Assembly: GCA_964503465.1 (NCBI GenBank)
Contig: CAZCYZ010000001.1
Coordinates: 405,898 to 469,897, forward strand
Length of the DNA: 64,000 nt
Direction of reading: 5' to 3'
Source of the DNA: an uncultured Gammaproteobacteria bacterium
GTDB taxonomy: Bacteria > Patescibacteriota > Microgenomatia > UBA12405
Position numbers and translations under genes: made by a program. The notes beneath the pieces were generated by a model. That model was given only the letters and a program-made list of their open reading frames with translations. It was not told where the DNA came from and ran no database searches. Shown here in pieces: positions 39,510-49,696 of this stretch; position 1 is the stretch's first letter; the number at the start of each line of letters is the position of its first letter.

Positions 39510-40558
39510 TCATCATTTTACTAGTCATTGTCCACTTCTTTGGTCAATTGTTACGAGTTGACTTTGGATCAATCAATGTTCCACTTATAGACATACCTAT
39601 CATTATATTGGTAATCATAAATATTTATTTTCATCATAAAAACAAGTCACCAATTACCAACAAGCCATTTCTGTGGTTTATTATTTTTTCTTGGATTACT
39701 TATTTTATTAATCTACAATTCTATCCACTCTCACTCAAACCAATTCTCTACCTTCTCCGCTTAAACTCACTTATTTCATTATTTGTTTTTCCTCTTAGCC
39801 CTCAGCTTTCCACCCCAAAACTAAAACAGTTTGTTGTCATAGTTCTGTTTGCCAATATTATTTTTGGTTTCGTCCAATATTTAAGTTGGCCAGACCTAAC
39901 CTCTTTCTCCACCCAAAATTGGGATCCACACCTACATAGGCTGGTTAGCACTTTCTTTGATCCAACCTTTGCAGGATTAATATATCTATTCCTAATTATT
40001 TATGCCTTCCTCAATCCTTATTTTAAGGCCCTTGTACCAATTTCTTATATTGGTTTGGCACTAACTTACAGCCGCTCCAGCCTTCTGACGTTTTTTGTCA
40101 GCTTTTCTTTCCTCGCCTACAAGCTACACCGACCTAAAATTGTTCTCTCTTGCCTCATTGTTTTAGTTGCCACTATTCTTCTCCTCCCTCGACTGTCTGG
40201 AGAAGGCACCAAACTCGAACGAACATCATCAATTAAGGCTAAAATCAATAACTATCGTCAAGGGATAGTTGTCTTTTTAAAATCCCCCCTCATTGGACAC
40301 GGTTACAATAACCTCTTCTTTGCCAAAAACATCACCAATCCCTATTCCCATGCCAACTCGGGTTTTGACGGTAGTCTCATGACCATTCTTGCTACCACCG
40401 GCCTAATCGGTATCAGCTTATTTATCCTCGGGTTAATCTCTTTCTATCGTCACGCTGACCTACTTCATCAAACCCTAACCATCACAATACTGTTGCATTC
40501 GCTCTTCGCCAACTCACTTCTCTTTCCCTGGGCTACCATCATCCTCTTTCTAATCTAA
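39488..40558 (+). CDS. O-antigen ligase-family membrane protein
   Basis: RLVSTFFDP, LTYSRSS, PLIGHGYN, H...D.S..ILATTGLIG. Confidence 0.75.
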   Translation: MASLARIVIILLVIVHFFGQLLRVDFGSINVPLIDIPIIILVIINIYFHHKNKSPITNKPFLWFIIFSWITYFINLQFYPLSLKPILYLLRLNSLISLFVFPLSPQLSTPKLKQFVVIVLFANIIFGFVQYLSWPDLTSFSTQNWDPHLHRLVSTFFDPTFAGLIYLFLIIYAFLNPYFKALVPISYIGLALTYSRSSLLTFFVSFSFLAYKLHRPKIVLSCLIVLVATILLLPRLSGEGTKLERTSSIKAKINNYRQGIVVFLKSPLIGHGYNNLFFAKNITNPYSHANSGFDGSLMTILATTGLIGISLFILGLISFYRHADLLHQTLTITILLHSLFANSLLFPWATIILFLI

Positions 40559-41274
40559 ATATCATATTTAATCTCTACTTTTTTCCTCATCTCATTACCA
40601 GCCAAGTCACGGGCCACCACTTCCACCTCATTCTTCCCTGGCACCAACTGAATCTTAAGTTTAAATTTACCATCATCACCAACCACGGCAATGTTGCCAT
40701 TAATCAATATACTCACTCCTTTCTCGGTCTTTCCTACCACATCAAAATCTGCATAATCAACTGTCAAGGTCGCCTCGCTCGGGTTTATCATTTCTACCTC
40801 CGGAGACTGGTTGTCAAAGACAACCTCCAACAATTGCGACATCTCACTGCTACCCCCCTGATCTGTTCTAGCTCTCGCCAAAAAACCGTTTACTCCTGGC
40901 TCTAATTCCACCCCTACAAAACTAAAATCACCACTATCCGATACTTGGGTAGTCCCTATCGCCACGTCATTTTTCAACAACTCTACCGTTGAGCCCACCT
41001 CCGCCAACCCCATTATTGCTATCTGTGCACTGTTGGTAGCCTCATAGGGAATCGTTAATCGAGGAGGCAGTGGTGGCAAAACCTTTTCCTTCAGCTCACC
41101 ATTAGTTCTACTCTTAATCTCCCCCAGAAACACCGACAACTTAATCAACAGTGGCAATCCAAACATTAACACCATTACCACTACCCCAACACTCAACAGA
41201 CCCAACATTACCGTACTTTTAGTTGCTTGTTCTTCGGCCTGTTTTTCTAGTCTCGATCGCTTAAATTCCGCCAT
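40555..41274 (-). CDS. Membrane-anchored Ig-like domain protein
   Basis: One TM segment, then two Ig-like repeats (GDFSF..L.PG.N; GKFK..L.PGKN.VEVVARDLAGN). Confidence 0.65.
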   Translation of the reverse strand: MAEFKRSRLEKQAEEQATKSTVMLGLLSVGVVVMVLMFGLPLLIKLSVFLGEIKSRTNGELKEKVLPPLPPRLTIPYEATNSAQIAIMGLAEVGSTVELLKNDVAIGTTQVSDSGDFSFVGVELEPGVNGFLARARTDQGGSSEMSQLLEVVFDNQSPEVEMINPSEATLTVDYADFDVVGKTEKGVSILINGNIAVVGDDGKFKLKIQLVPGKNEVEVVARDLAGNEMRKKVEIKYDI

Positions 41275-41295
41275 AAATCACAATTATTATAACAG

Positions 41296-41366
41296 AGCCG
41301 ATAGGTAGAATTGGACTACCATCTACGGTTTACGAAACCGCTGCTCTACCGTTGAGCTATATCGGC
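41296..41366 (-). tRNA. tRNA-Thr(CGT)
   Basis: GCCGATA TA GCTC AACGGTA GAGC A GCGGT TT CGT AA ACCGT AGAT GGTAG TCCAATT CTACC TATCGGC T. Confidence 0.9.
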
Positions 41367-41387
41367 ATACCGTCTTATAACTTCAAG

Positions 41388-41458
41388 AGCGGCTAGAGGG
41401 AATTGAACCCTCGACTCATCCTTGGGAAGGATACATTTTACCACTAAACTATAGCCGC
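41388..41458 (-). tRNA. tRNA-Gly(CCC)
   Basis: GCGGCTA...TATCC TT CCC AA GGATG...GAGGG TTCAATT CCCTC TAGCCGC T. Confidence 0.92.
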
Positions 41459-41465
41459 TTAAAAT

Positions 41466-41957
41466 CTATTTTAGCATTGGTACCAACAGTCTCGTTCCAC
41501 CATATATCAAATTTGGATCTGGTATTAATACTCTATTAGCCCGCCACAATTCTCCCCACCTAAAACCATCACCATAGACCTTAACCGATATCTTCCACAG
41601 ACTATCCCCACCTACAACCACATAACTGTCTGCTCTCACCACCGTCAGGTCGGGTAATTTCAATTTTTGGCCAATCAACAATCTGTCAGGATCCTCTATA
41701 TTATTTTCTTTCCATATTTCCACCCAACTATAACCCACGCCATAAGTTCTAAAAGCTATCTTCCACAAACTATCCCCCTTCTTGACAATATAATCCCCCT
41801 TACTAGCAACCTCTTCATTTGTCTGACTTATTCCTGGTACGCCAACACTCCCTCTTCTTTTCTGAAAATAATTAAAAACCAATCCAACCACCCCCACCAC
41901 CACCAACAAGCCCAAAAACATACTCACCATATCCTCAGATAACTTAGTTATTTTCAT
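41466..41957 (-). CDS. Membrane-anchored protein with two LysM domains
   Basis: YIVKKGDSLWKIA...N.I.DPD.L..GQKL and YVVVGGDSLWKIS...PNLIY.G..L. Confidence 0.9.
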   Translation of the reverse strand: MKITKLSEDMVSMFLGLLVVVGVVGLVFNYFQKRRGSVGVPGISQTNEEVASKGDYIVKKGDSLWKIAFRTYGVGYSWVEIWKENNIEDPDRLLIGQKLKLPDLTVVRADSYVVVGGDSLWKISVKVYGDGFRWGELWRANRVLIPDPNLIYGGTRLLVPMLK

Positions 41958-42021
41958 CGTCTTGACTAATAAAACTTATAATACCAGCAATGGGGGCAAT
42001 ATCACCCAATTATAGCATCAC

Positions 42022-42303
42022 TTATAAGTTTACTCTTTTACTACCAACGCTAACTCTAACAATCCCCAAATCATCAAGCACCTTCCACAAGTTTTGCTTA
42101 ACCAAATTATAAATTCTTTGCTTACCCTTCACCTTCACCTCGACCAATCCTGCTTTTCTCAAAACCGCCAAATGACTCGACAGAGTCGCTTGGGTAATGG
42201 CAAAATTTGTTCCCAAAGTTGTGACATCGTAATTTCCTGTCCCTAATAGCTTTAAAATCTTTCTTCTGTTATTATCAGCCAATGCTTTATATATTTTATC
42301 CAT
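42022..42303 (-). CDS. ArsR/SmtB-family transcriptional regulator
   Basis: KALADNNRRKIL..L, QATLSSHL.VL..AGLV...G..RIY. Confidence 0.85.
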   Translation of the reverse strand: MDKIYKALADNNRRKILKLLGTGNYDVTTLGTNFAITQATLSSHLAVLRKAGLVEVKVKGKQRIYNLVKQNLWKVLDDLGIVRVSVGSKRVNL

Positions 42304-42341
42304 AGTTAATATATTCTACCAATATATTGAAAACTATCAAT

Positions 42342-42953
42342 ATGAAGAATTTTGATAACAAACAAGAACAAACACTAGTAATTGTTAAACCAGATGGGGT
42401 ACAACGTGGACTAATTGGTAAGGTTATCGAACGTTATGAACAGTGCGGTCTCAAACTCGTTGCCCTCAAAATGCTCATCCCCACCCCAAAACTTGCCCTT
42501 ATCCATTACTCAACTGATCCCGAATGGGCTTTCAAAACCGGAACAAAGGCACTCGAAGCTGCCAGGGCTCGTAATGAAGACTTGGGCACCAGCGACCCGA
42601 TTGTATATGCAGAAAAAATCCGTACTACACTAAAAAATTTCCTTAGTTCTGGACCAGTTGTCGCCATGGTATGGCAAGGTATGAATGCTGTTGGTGTTGT
42701 TCGTAAAATTACCGGTGGCACCGAACCGCTAACCTCAGTTCCAGGAACTATTCGAGGTGACTTTACCATTGATTCCTACTCCGCCGCCAACGCCGACAAT
42801 CGGTCAGTCCGGAATATCATTCACTCATCAGGTTCGGTTGAAGAAGCCAACAAAGAAATAGCCGTCTGGTTCAAACCAGAAGAAATTCTTAACTACAGGC
42901 TTGTTTCCGAAGCCATTATCTACGATGTCAACCTCGACGGGATCCTAGAATAA
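42342..42953 (+). CDS. ndk: Nucleoside diphosphate kinase
   Basis: EQTLVIVKPDGVQRGLIG, SGPVVAM, PGTIRGDF, RNIIHSS. Confidence 0.95.
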   Translation: MKNFDNKQEQTLVIVKPDGVQRGLIGKVIERYEQCGLKLVALKMLIPTPKLALIHYSTDPEWAFKTGTKALEAARARNEDLGTSDPIVYAEKIRTTLKNFLSSGPVVAMVWQGMNAVGVVRKITGGTEPLTSVPGTIRGDFTIDSYSAANADNRSVRNIIHSSGSVEEANKEIAVWFKPEEILNYRLVSEAIIYDVNLDGILE

Positions 42954-42971
42954 ACTCAAACACAAACGATT

Positions 42972-43577
42972 TCAGTTCAACAACACCGACAAGTCAAAAG
43001 TAGCTCTTCTACAAATACTTTCCAGTTCAAGATTGGTAAAAATCTTCTTTTTGAGTAGGAAATGAGTTAATTCCTCTCGCACACTCGGTGCCATCGAACT
43101 CTTATACAACTCAACCACACCGCCCTTCCTTGATTTTGTTGAAGAATCATAATCAATCAGATGAGGTAAAAAAACACCAGTTACCTCACTACCAAAATCT
43201 TCAGACAATGCGGCATCTCTTTGCAGATGAATAATTTCGTCTTGGGAAATATTAACAGCAAAGGCATGCGTAGTAATAGAACCTATATCATGAGCCACTA
43301 TTGGCTCTAATCTTAAGGTTAGATTGTGTCCTATTTCTTCCCATACCTCCCTCCTAATCGCCTCTTCAAATGATTCACCCTTGTCGACCTTTCCACCAAT
43401 AAAGCCAATCATCCCATCCCAACGATTAATCATAATGCATGTTGGAATAGTCAACTCCCTTCTTTCTTCATCCGCTTCTCTGTAATTTTTCCAAGGCTTC
43501 CAATCAAGACAATAAAAGATGACAAAAGCCGCCTTCTTTTTTCCAGGGACACCTCTCTTTATGTCAACAGTTCTCAT
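42972..43577 (-). CDS. Nudix hydrolase, NUDT16-like
   Basis: RWDGMIGFIGGKVD.GES.EEAIRREVWEEIG Nudix box. Start reassigned to MRTVD (43577) because the ORF-track extension runs through tRNA-Asp. Confidence 0.8.
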   Translation of the reverse strand: MRTVDIKRGVPGKKKAAFVIFYCLDWKPWKNYREADEERRELTIPTCIMINRWDGMIGFIGGKVDKGESFEEAIRREVWEEIGHNLTLRLEPIVAHDIGSITTHAFAVNISQDEIIHLQRDAALSEDFGSEVTGVFLPHLIDYDSSTKSRKGGVVELYKSSMAPSVREELTHFLLKKKIFTNLELESICRRATFDLSVLLN

Positions 43578-43605
43578 TCTATTCCTTATATACCAGATAT
43601 CAAAG

Positions 43606-43679
43606 CGGGTCCAAAGGGATTCGAACCCTCGATCTTCCGCGTGACAGGCGGATGTGCTAGACCGCTGCACCATGGACCC
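43606..43679 (-). tRNA. tRNA-Asp(GTC)
   Basis: GGGTCCA...TCCGC CT GTC AC GCGGA...GAGGG TTCGAAT CCCTT TGGACCC G. Confidence 0.93.
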
Positions 43680-43727
43680 ACAACGATCAGAAGATAATAT
43701 ACCAAATAATCGTACTATAATCTATTT

Positions 43728-44738
43728 GTGGCCTATACCAACGCCGAAGTATCGGAGCACCTCCAAAACATCGCTACTGCCTACGAAATCAAACGAAAAA
43801 ACAAATTTCGCATCACCGCTTACCAAAACGCCGCTGACACCACCATCTCTTACCCCGAAAACATTTATCAACTTTGGCTAAAGGACAAAAAAGTTCTTGA
43901 TAATATTCCCAACATTGGTCCCGGCATCATCAAAAAGCTCGACTATCTCTTTGAGCATCATCAAATTTATCCCAAACTCGTTCCCATCTTTAAAACTATT
44001 CATCCAGCCGTATTCACCTTCACCAAGATTAACGGCGTTGGTCCCCTTATTGCCCACAAACTCACTCAACAACTCAAGTTCTCCCTCAAACCAACCAAAG
44101 CCCTTGACCAATTAGCCGAATACGCCCAAAAACACAAAATCCAAGTTATCCCCGGTTTTGGCGAAAAATCTGAAACATCAATCCTTGAGAATACCCTTGC
44201 CTTCTTAGGTCGTAAAAGTCGTATGTCCTTAACCACCGCCACTAAATTAGCCAACGAAATAATCACCTATCTCAAAACCAACTTTCCCGACACCGAATTT
44301 GTTCCTCTGGGCAGTTTGCGCCGCCAGAACTCCACCATTGGAGACATCGACATCGCCGCCGCCTCAAAAAATCCACGACAAATATTGGCTCACTTCATCG
44401 CCTATCCCAAATCAGTCCAAACTATTTCTCAAGGTCAACAAGAAGCCTCCATTCGTCTAATTCACGACGTTCACATCGACCTTATGGTCAAACCCCCCAT
44501 CGGCTTTGGTGCCCTGCTTCAACACTTCACCGGCTCTCGCCAACACAACATAATTCTTCGGAAATATGCCCTAAAACTTGGTTACAGCCTATCAGAATTT
44601 GGCATTAAAGATATCAAAACCGGCAAAATCTATCAGTTTGGCGCTGAAGAAAAATTCTATGATTTCCTTGGTCTTAACTGGATCCCACCAATCGAAAGGG
44701 TAGGGGAGAACGAACTTCTTAAATATCAGAAAAAGTAG
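43728..44738 (+). CDS. polX: Family X DNA polymerase lacking the PHP domain
   Basis: N-terminal FRITAY..AA, HhH motifs, GSLRR...GDIDI, IDL, HFTGSRQHN, LSEFG, WIPPIER. Confidence 0.85.
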   Translation: MAYTNAEVSEHLQNIATAYEIKRKNKFRITAYQNAADTTISYPENIYQLWLKDKKVLDNIPNIGPGIIKKLDYLFEHHQIYPKLVPIFKTIHPAVFTFTKINGVGPLIAHKLTQQLKFSLKPTKALDQLAEYAQKHKIQVIPGFGEKSETSILENTLAFLGRKSRMSLTTATKLANEIITYLKTNFPDTEFVPLGSLRRQNSTIGDIDIAAASKNPRQILAHFIAYPKSVQTISQGQQEASIRLIHDVHIDLMVKPPIGFGALLQHFTGSRQHNIILRKYALKLGYSLSEFGIKDIKTGKIYQFGAEEKFYDFLGLNWIPPIERVGENELLKYQKK

Positions 44739-44749
44739 TACAATCATTT

Positions 44750-45328
44750 ATGATCATCATTCCAATCATTCTGCTTCTTGTTGCTGCTTACATTGTTTTC
44801 TTTTTTAACGGCCTTAAAACTACTCAAGTTCAAATTACTGCCGCCATTCAAGAAATCGGCAATCAGCTCAAACGCCAGTCCCAGCTCATTCCCAATCTCA
44901 TAGAATCAACCAAGGGTTACCTTAAACACGAAAAGGGTATTTTTGACAGTCTTACCCAAGCCAGAAAACTCATCGACAATGCCACCAGCGATAATCCCCA
45001 AAGTATCGATAAGGCTCAAAATTCCATTAGCCAAGTTCTCAAATCACTCCAAGTCATCGTTGAATCCAACCCCGAAATCAAAGCCTCAACCATTGTCTCT
45101 GACCTGATGAACGAACTTCGGGACACTGCTGACAAAATTATGTACTCCCGACGAACACTCATCGATTTAACAGCTGACTTTAACATCAAAATATCAACCA
45201 TTCCAGGCATTTGGATTGCTCCAATTTTAGGATTTCACCCTCAAAAAGGTCTTGAGACTCCAACTTCCGGAGAATTTCTCACTGTCTCTGACACTGATGC
45301 CACTACTCCCAAAGTCAAACTCGATTAA
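44750..45328 (+). CDS. lemA: LemA family protein
   Basis: QLKRQ..LIPNL...KGY..HE, ESNPEIKAS; adjacent to htpX. Confidence 0.9.
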   Translation: MIIIPIILLLVAAYIVFFFNGLKTTQVQITAAIQEIGNQLKRQSQLIPNLIESTKGYLKHEKGIFDSLTQARKLIDNATSDNPQSIDKAQNSISQVLKSLQVIVESNPEIKASTIVSDLMNELRDTADKIMYSRRTLIDLTADFNIKISTIPGIWIAPILGFHPQKGLETPTSGEFLTVSDTDATTPKVKLD

Positions 45329-45342
45329 CATAAAAATCGAAA

Positions 45343-46221
45343 ATGACCAACGTCCACGAACAGATTGCCAGTAATAAACAGCGCTCTATCATAATTATCA
45401 GTCTATTTATCATCTTCATCAGCGCCACTGGCTACCTTATTGGGTACATTTTCGACCTCACCAGTCTTCTCCCTATAGCCATTATCTTTTCCTTAATTTC
45501 GTCAGCCACTTCATATTTTTGGGGGGATCATCTTATCCTTGCTCTCAACCAAGCTGTACCTGCCAAACGTCAAGAACATTTCAATTTCTATACGGTCACC
45601 GAGAATCTTAGCCTAGCCGCCCAAATTCCCCCTCCAAAAATTTATGTCATCGAATCCAAAGCCCCCAATGCCTTCGCTACTGGTCGCGACCCACAACATG
45701 CAATTATCTGCGCTACCACCGGTCTACTAGAAAAGCTTGATCGCACTGAACTTGAGGGTGTTATCGCTCACGAATTATCACATATTAAGAATTTTGACAC
45801 TCGATTAATGACTCTAGTTAGCATTCTTGTTGGCAGTCTCTCGATTCTTATCAACCTCACCTCACGATCCATTTATTTTGGTGATCGCGACGATGATAAT
45901 CGTCAGTCTGGCCCACTAGTCTTTATCGGATTTTTCTTAATCATTTTTGCCCCAATTATAAGCCAACTAATTCAATTAGCTATATCAAGACGAAGGGAAT
46001 ACTTCGCCGACGCTTCCGCAGTTCACCTTACCCGTCAGCCACAAGGACTAATTAATGCCCTAAAAAAAATTTCCAATGACCAACACCAGTTTAGCCAGGC
46101 ATCCACCGCCACTGCTTCCCTTTACATCCACAATCCTTTCCTAAACAACAAAATCGCTAATTTATTTTCCACTCATCCCACAATCAAATCTCGAATCCAA
46201 GCTCTTGAAACCATGCTCTGA
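45343..46221 (+). CDS. htpX: Zinc metalloprotease HtpX (M48)
   Basis: PNAFATG, HELSH, SRRREYFADA, FSTHP. Confidence 0.92.
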   Translation: MTNVHEQIASNKQRSIIIISLFIIFISATGYLIGYIFDLTSLLPIAIIFSLISSATSYFWGDHLILALNQAVPAKRQEHFNFYTVTENLSLAAQIPPPKIYVIESKAPNAFATGRDPQHAIICATTGLLEKLDRTELEGVIAHELSHIKNFDTRLMTLVSILVGSLSILINLTSRSIYFGDRDDDNRQSGPLVFIGFFLIIFAPIISQLIQLAISRRREYFADASAVHLTRQPQGLINALKKISNDQHQFSQASTATASLYIHNPFLNNKIANLFSTHPTIKSRIQALETML

Positions 46222-46233
46222 TCTACTTCATTT

Positions 46234-46268
46234 CAATTGCTAATTCGTAATTCGTAATTGATAATTGA
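46234..46268 (+). repeat. Short degenerate heptamer tandem repeat
   Basis: CAATTGC TAATTCG TAATTCG TAATTGA TAATTGA between htpX and dnaE. Confidence 0.6.
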
Positions 46269-46272
46269 CTCA

Positions 46273-49200
46273 ATGGACTTTGTTCATCTCCATCTCCACA
46301 CCGAGTATTCACTTCTCGACGGCTTAACCAAGATCAAACCCCTGATCGCCACCGTCAAAGACATGGGGATGAAAGCTGTCGCTATTACCGACCACGGCAA
46401 CATGTATGGAGCCATCGAATTTTACAAAGCTTGCCTCAAAAACGACATCAAACCCATCGTCGGTTGCGAAGTCTACTACTCACCGCTCGGTCACACTGAC
46501 AAATCCGCCGCTAGCCGTAGAGCCAACCACCTGGTCTTGCTAGCCAAAGATTATCAAGGCTACCAAAACTTAATGAGAATAGTTAGTCTCGCCAACCTAG
46601 AAGGTTTTTATTATAAACCACGCATAGACTGGGACATAATTAAACAATATCACTCTGGCCTTATTTGCCTTAGCGGTTGTGTTGAAGGGGAAATCGCTCA
46701 ACTGATCCTCGATGACCACTACCAAAAGGCTAAAACTAGAGCCGTTGAGTTCCAACAACTCTTTGATGAGGATTATTACCTCGAAATCCAACGCCATCCA
46801 GGATTAAAATCCAACGACCAAGCTAATATCGGCATCATTAAATTAAGCCAAGAATTAGGAATACCACTAGTTGCCACTAACGATTCACACTATCTAAGAA
46901 AAGAAGATGCTTTTGCCCAAGACATCATCCTAATGATCAATACCCAAACCACCGTTAACGACAAGAAACGTCTTTCCATGCTTGATATTCCTGACTTTTA
47001 TGTCAAATCCCCCCAGGAAATGGCCGACCTCTACCCTGATCTTCCCCAGGCCATCAACAATACTCAAAAAATTGCCGAAAAATGCAATCTCGAAATCGAA
47101 ATTGGCAAATGGTGTTTCCCTCAATTCAAACTCCCCCCCAAAGAAACCGCCGACTCTTATCTTACTCAACTTACTAACGATCGAGCTAAGCAACATTATG
47201 GTTCTATTTCTTCCGAGGTCCGAGAACGTCTTGACCACGAACTTGACGTTATTATTTCCAAAGGTTATGCCACTTACTTTCTAATCATGGAAGACTGGAT
47301 TAGCTGGGCCAAAAACAACGATCTTGTCACCAACACTCGAGGTTCAGCTGCTGGGTCACTGGTTTCCTTCGTTTTGGGTATCACCTCAGTTGATCCACTT
47401 ATTTATCAATTACCGTTTGAACGTTTTCTTAATAAAGATCGACCATCCCCTCCAGACATCGACCTTGATGTGTCTGACGACAAACGTCTCGAACTTCTAC
47501 ACCATATAGTCAAGCAATATGGTGAAAAACAAGTCGCTCAAATTTGCACCTTCGGGAGAATGATGGCCCGAGCCTCGGTTCGAGATACCGCCAGAGTTCT
47601 TAGCTACGAATACGCCATCGGTGACAAAATTAGCAAGCTAATCCCCTTAGGATCACAAGGCTTCCCCATGTCAATCAACAAAGCCCTTAACACTTCACCC
47701 GAACTAAAAAATCTCTACGACCGCGACCCAGATGCCAAAAAAATCCTTGAACATGCCAAAGGTATCGAAGGTAATGCTCGACATATAAGCGTCCACGCTT
47801 GCGCCATCGTCATTTCCCCTACCAACCTCAATGATTACACCCCAATTCAGTTTGAACCAGGGGGTGACAAGATTATCACTCAGTACGAAATGCACGCCAT
47901 CGAAGATGTTGGTCTGATTAAATTCGATATCCTTGGTATCGACAACCTTTCTTTCCTTGGTCAAGCAGTTCTCAATGTTAAAAAAAATAAAACAATTGAT
48001 ATTGATCTCCGTAAAATTCCCCTAGACGATCCACGAACTTTCGCCATGTTGTCTAAAGGTGACACCATGGGTGTTTTTCAACTATCAGGGGAAGGAATGA
48101 CCAAATGGCTAAAAGAGCTCAAGCCCAACCGCATTGAAGATCTCATGGCCATGGTGGCTCTCTACCGTCCCGGACCTATGAGTATCATTCCAGAATATAT
48201 TGCTCGTAAAAATAATCCCAGCCAAATTAGTTACTTTGATCCGAAAATGGAAAAGTGGCTCAAAAAATCTTATGGACTTTTGGTCTACCAGGACGACTGT
48301 CTTTATACTGCTATCGAAATTGCCGGTTACAACTGGGTTGAGGTGGACAAATTCCGCAAAGCTATCGGCAAGAAAATTCCCGAAGAAATGGCGGCCCAAA
48401 AAGAGAAGTTTATCCAAGGGTGTGTCAACAACGGATATTCACAGCACAAAGCCGAAGAAATCTTCAAGCTTATTGAGCCCTTTACTTCCTATGGTTTTAA
48501 TAAAGCCCACGCCGCTTCCTACGGTATGCTGGCCTACCAAACAGCCTATATGAAAGCCAATTTTCCTGTCGAATATATGTGTGCCCTGCTAACCGGTAAG
48601 GCCGACGATTTAGAAACCATCGCTGCTGGAGTGGCCGAATGTCGCCGAATGAAAATCATTGTCAGCCCGCCTGACATTAACAAGTCCTATAAAGGTTTTG
48701 TTACCGAAGCCAATCCTGACTCTCTCCAAAACTTGGCTATTCGATTCGGATTTGATGCCATTAAGAATGTTGGTGATGTCGCTATTGAGCTAATATTGGC
48801 CGAACGATTGGCCAACGGGCCATTCAAAAATTTCACCGACCTCTGTCTTCGAGTCGACGGTCAAAAGGTCAACAAAAAAGTTCTAGAGAGTCTAATCAAG
48901 GTTGGAGCCCTTGATTCTTTCGGCCCACGGGCCGCTCTTTTGGCTGCTATCGACAAAATTCGCGCCGATTGTGATCGACAAAATCAAAGATACCTCCACG
49001 GGCAATTTGGTCTATTTGAAGATGCCACCAACCCTTCACCACCCCCACCCCTAGACAACCTACCGGATGTTCCAGAAATACCTGAAAAAGATAAACTTAC
49101 CATGGAAAAAGAGTTACTTGGAATTTATGTCAGCGACAATCCAATCAACAAAATGTTGGAATCATTTAAAAACCTGACCCTTCCTAAAATATCCCAAGTT

Positions 49201-49680
49201 CTAGACCGCCCTCCAGGAAGTCAAGTAAAATTTTCAGCTGTCATCTCCCGCCTCAAAGTTATTCGTACCAAAAAAGACAACCAAAAAATGGCCTTTGTTA
49301 CTCTGGAAGACGAGACGGGTCAAATTGATGCCGTCGTCTTTCCCAAAACTTTCCAACAAACAGAGGAGTTCCTCTCCGAAAATAAGCCATTTTACCTCGA
49401 GGGACGCTTAACTGATCGCGATGATACCCTCTCTGTTTCCATTGAAACTATTAGCCAAGAAGCCCCGGACCAAACCAAAAAATATGACTTCATCATTCAG
49501 GTCCCACCTCAAACTTCTCAATCAACACTCATGACCTTAAATCAACTCCTTAAAAATCACCCCAATGGTCACCGTGGCCTGATAATTCTTCCTAACGGCA
49601 AAAACTTTCCTTTGACCTACGGTGTCGCCTACAACCCCAAACTCCAAGCCCAAATTGACACTCTCCTAAAAATAGAATAA
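46273..49680 (+). CDS. dnaE: DNA polymerase III alpha subunit
   Basis: FVHLHLHTEYSLLDG, RGSAAGSL, PDIDLD, KFDILG, YGFNKAHA, C-terminal OB fold; no intein seen. Confidence 0.97.
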   Translation: MDFVHLHLHTEYSLLDGLTKIKPLIATVKDMGMKAVAITDHGNMYGAIEFYKACLKNDIKPIVGCEVYYSPLGHTDKSAASRRANHLVLLAKDYQGYQNLMRIVSLANLEGFYYKPRIDWDIIKQYHSGLICLSGCVEGEIAQLILDDHYQKAKTRAVEFQQLFDEDYYLEIQRHPGLKSNDQANIGIIKLSQELGIPLVATNDSHYLRKEDAFAQDIILMINTQTTVNDKKRLSMLDIPDFYVKSPQEMADLYPDLPQAINNTQKIAEKCNLEIEIGKWCFPQFKLPPKETADSYLTQLTNDRAKQHYGSISSEVRERLDHELDVIISKGYATYFLIMEDWISWAKNNDLVTNTRGSAAGSLVSFVLGITSVDPLIYQLPFERFLNKDRPSPPDIDLDVSDDKRLELLHHIVKQYGEKQVAQICTFGRMMARASVRDTARVLSYEYAIGDKISKLIPLGSQGFPMSINKALNTSPELKNLYDRDPDAKKILEHAKGIEGNARHISVHACAIVISPTNLNDYTPIQFEPGGDKIITQYEMHAIEDVGLIKFDILGIDNLSFLGQAVLNVKKNKTIDIDLRKIPLDDPRTFAMLSKGDTMGVFQLSGEGMTKWLKELKPNRIEDLMAMVALYRPGPMSIIPEYIARKNNPSQISYFDPKMEKWLKKSYGLLVYQDDCLYTAIEIAGYNWVEVDKFRKAIGKKIPEEMAAQKEKFIQGCVNNGYSQHKAEEIFKLIEPFTSYGFNKAHAASYGMLAYQTAYMKANFPVEYMCALLTGKADDLETIAAGVAECRRMKIIVSPPDINKSYKGFVTEANPDSLQNLAIRFGFDAIKNVGDVAIELILAERLANGPFKNFTDLCLRVDGQKVNKKVLESLIKVGALDSFGPRAALLAAIDKIRADCDRQNQRYLHGQFGLFEDATNPSPPPPLDNLPDVPEIPEKDKLTMEKELLGIYVSDNPINKMLESFKNLTLPKISQVLDRPPGSQVKFSAVISRLKVIRTKKDNQKMAFVTLEDETGQIDAVVFPKTFQQTEEFLSENKPFYLEGRLTDRDDTLSVSIETISQEAPDQTKKYDFIIQVPPQTSQSTLMTLNQLLKNHPNGHRGLIILPNGKNFPLTYGVAYNPKLQAQIDTLLKIE

Positions 49681-49696
49681 AATACCGATCATCTTT

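Noticed and set aside
43578-43673. ORF-track N-terminal extension of the Nudix gene
   Set aside because: It is translated tRNA-Asp sequence.
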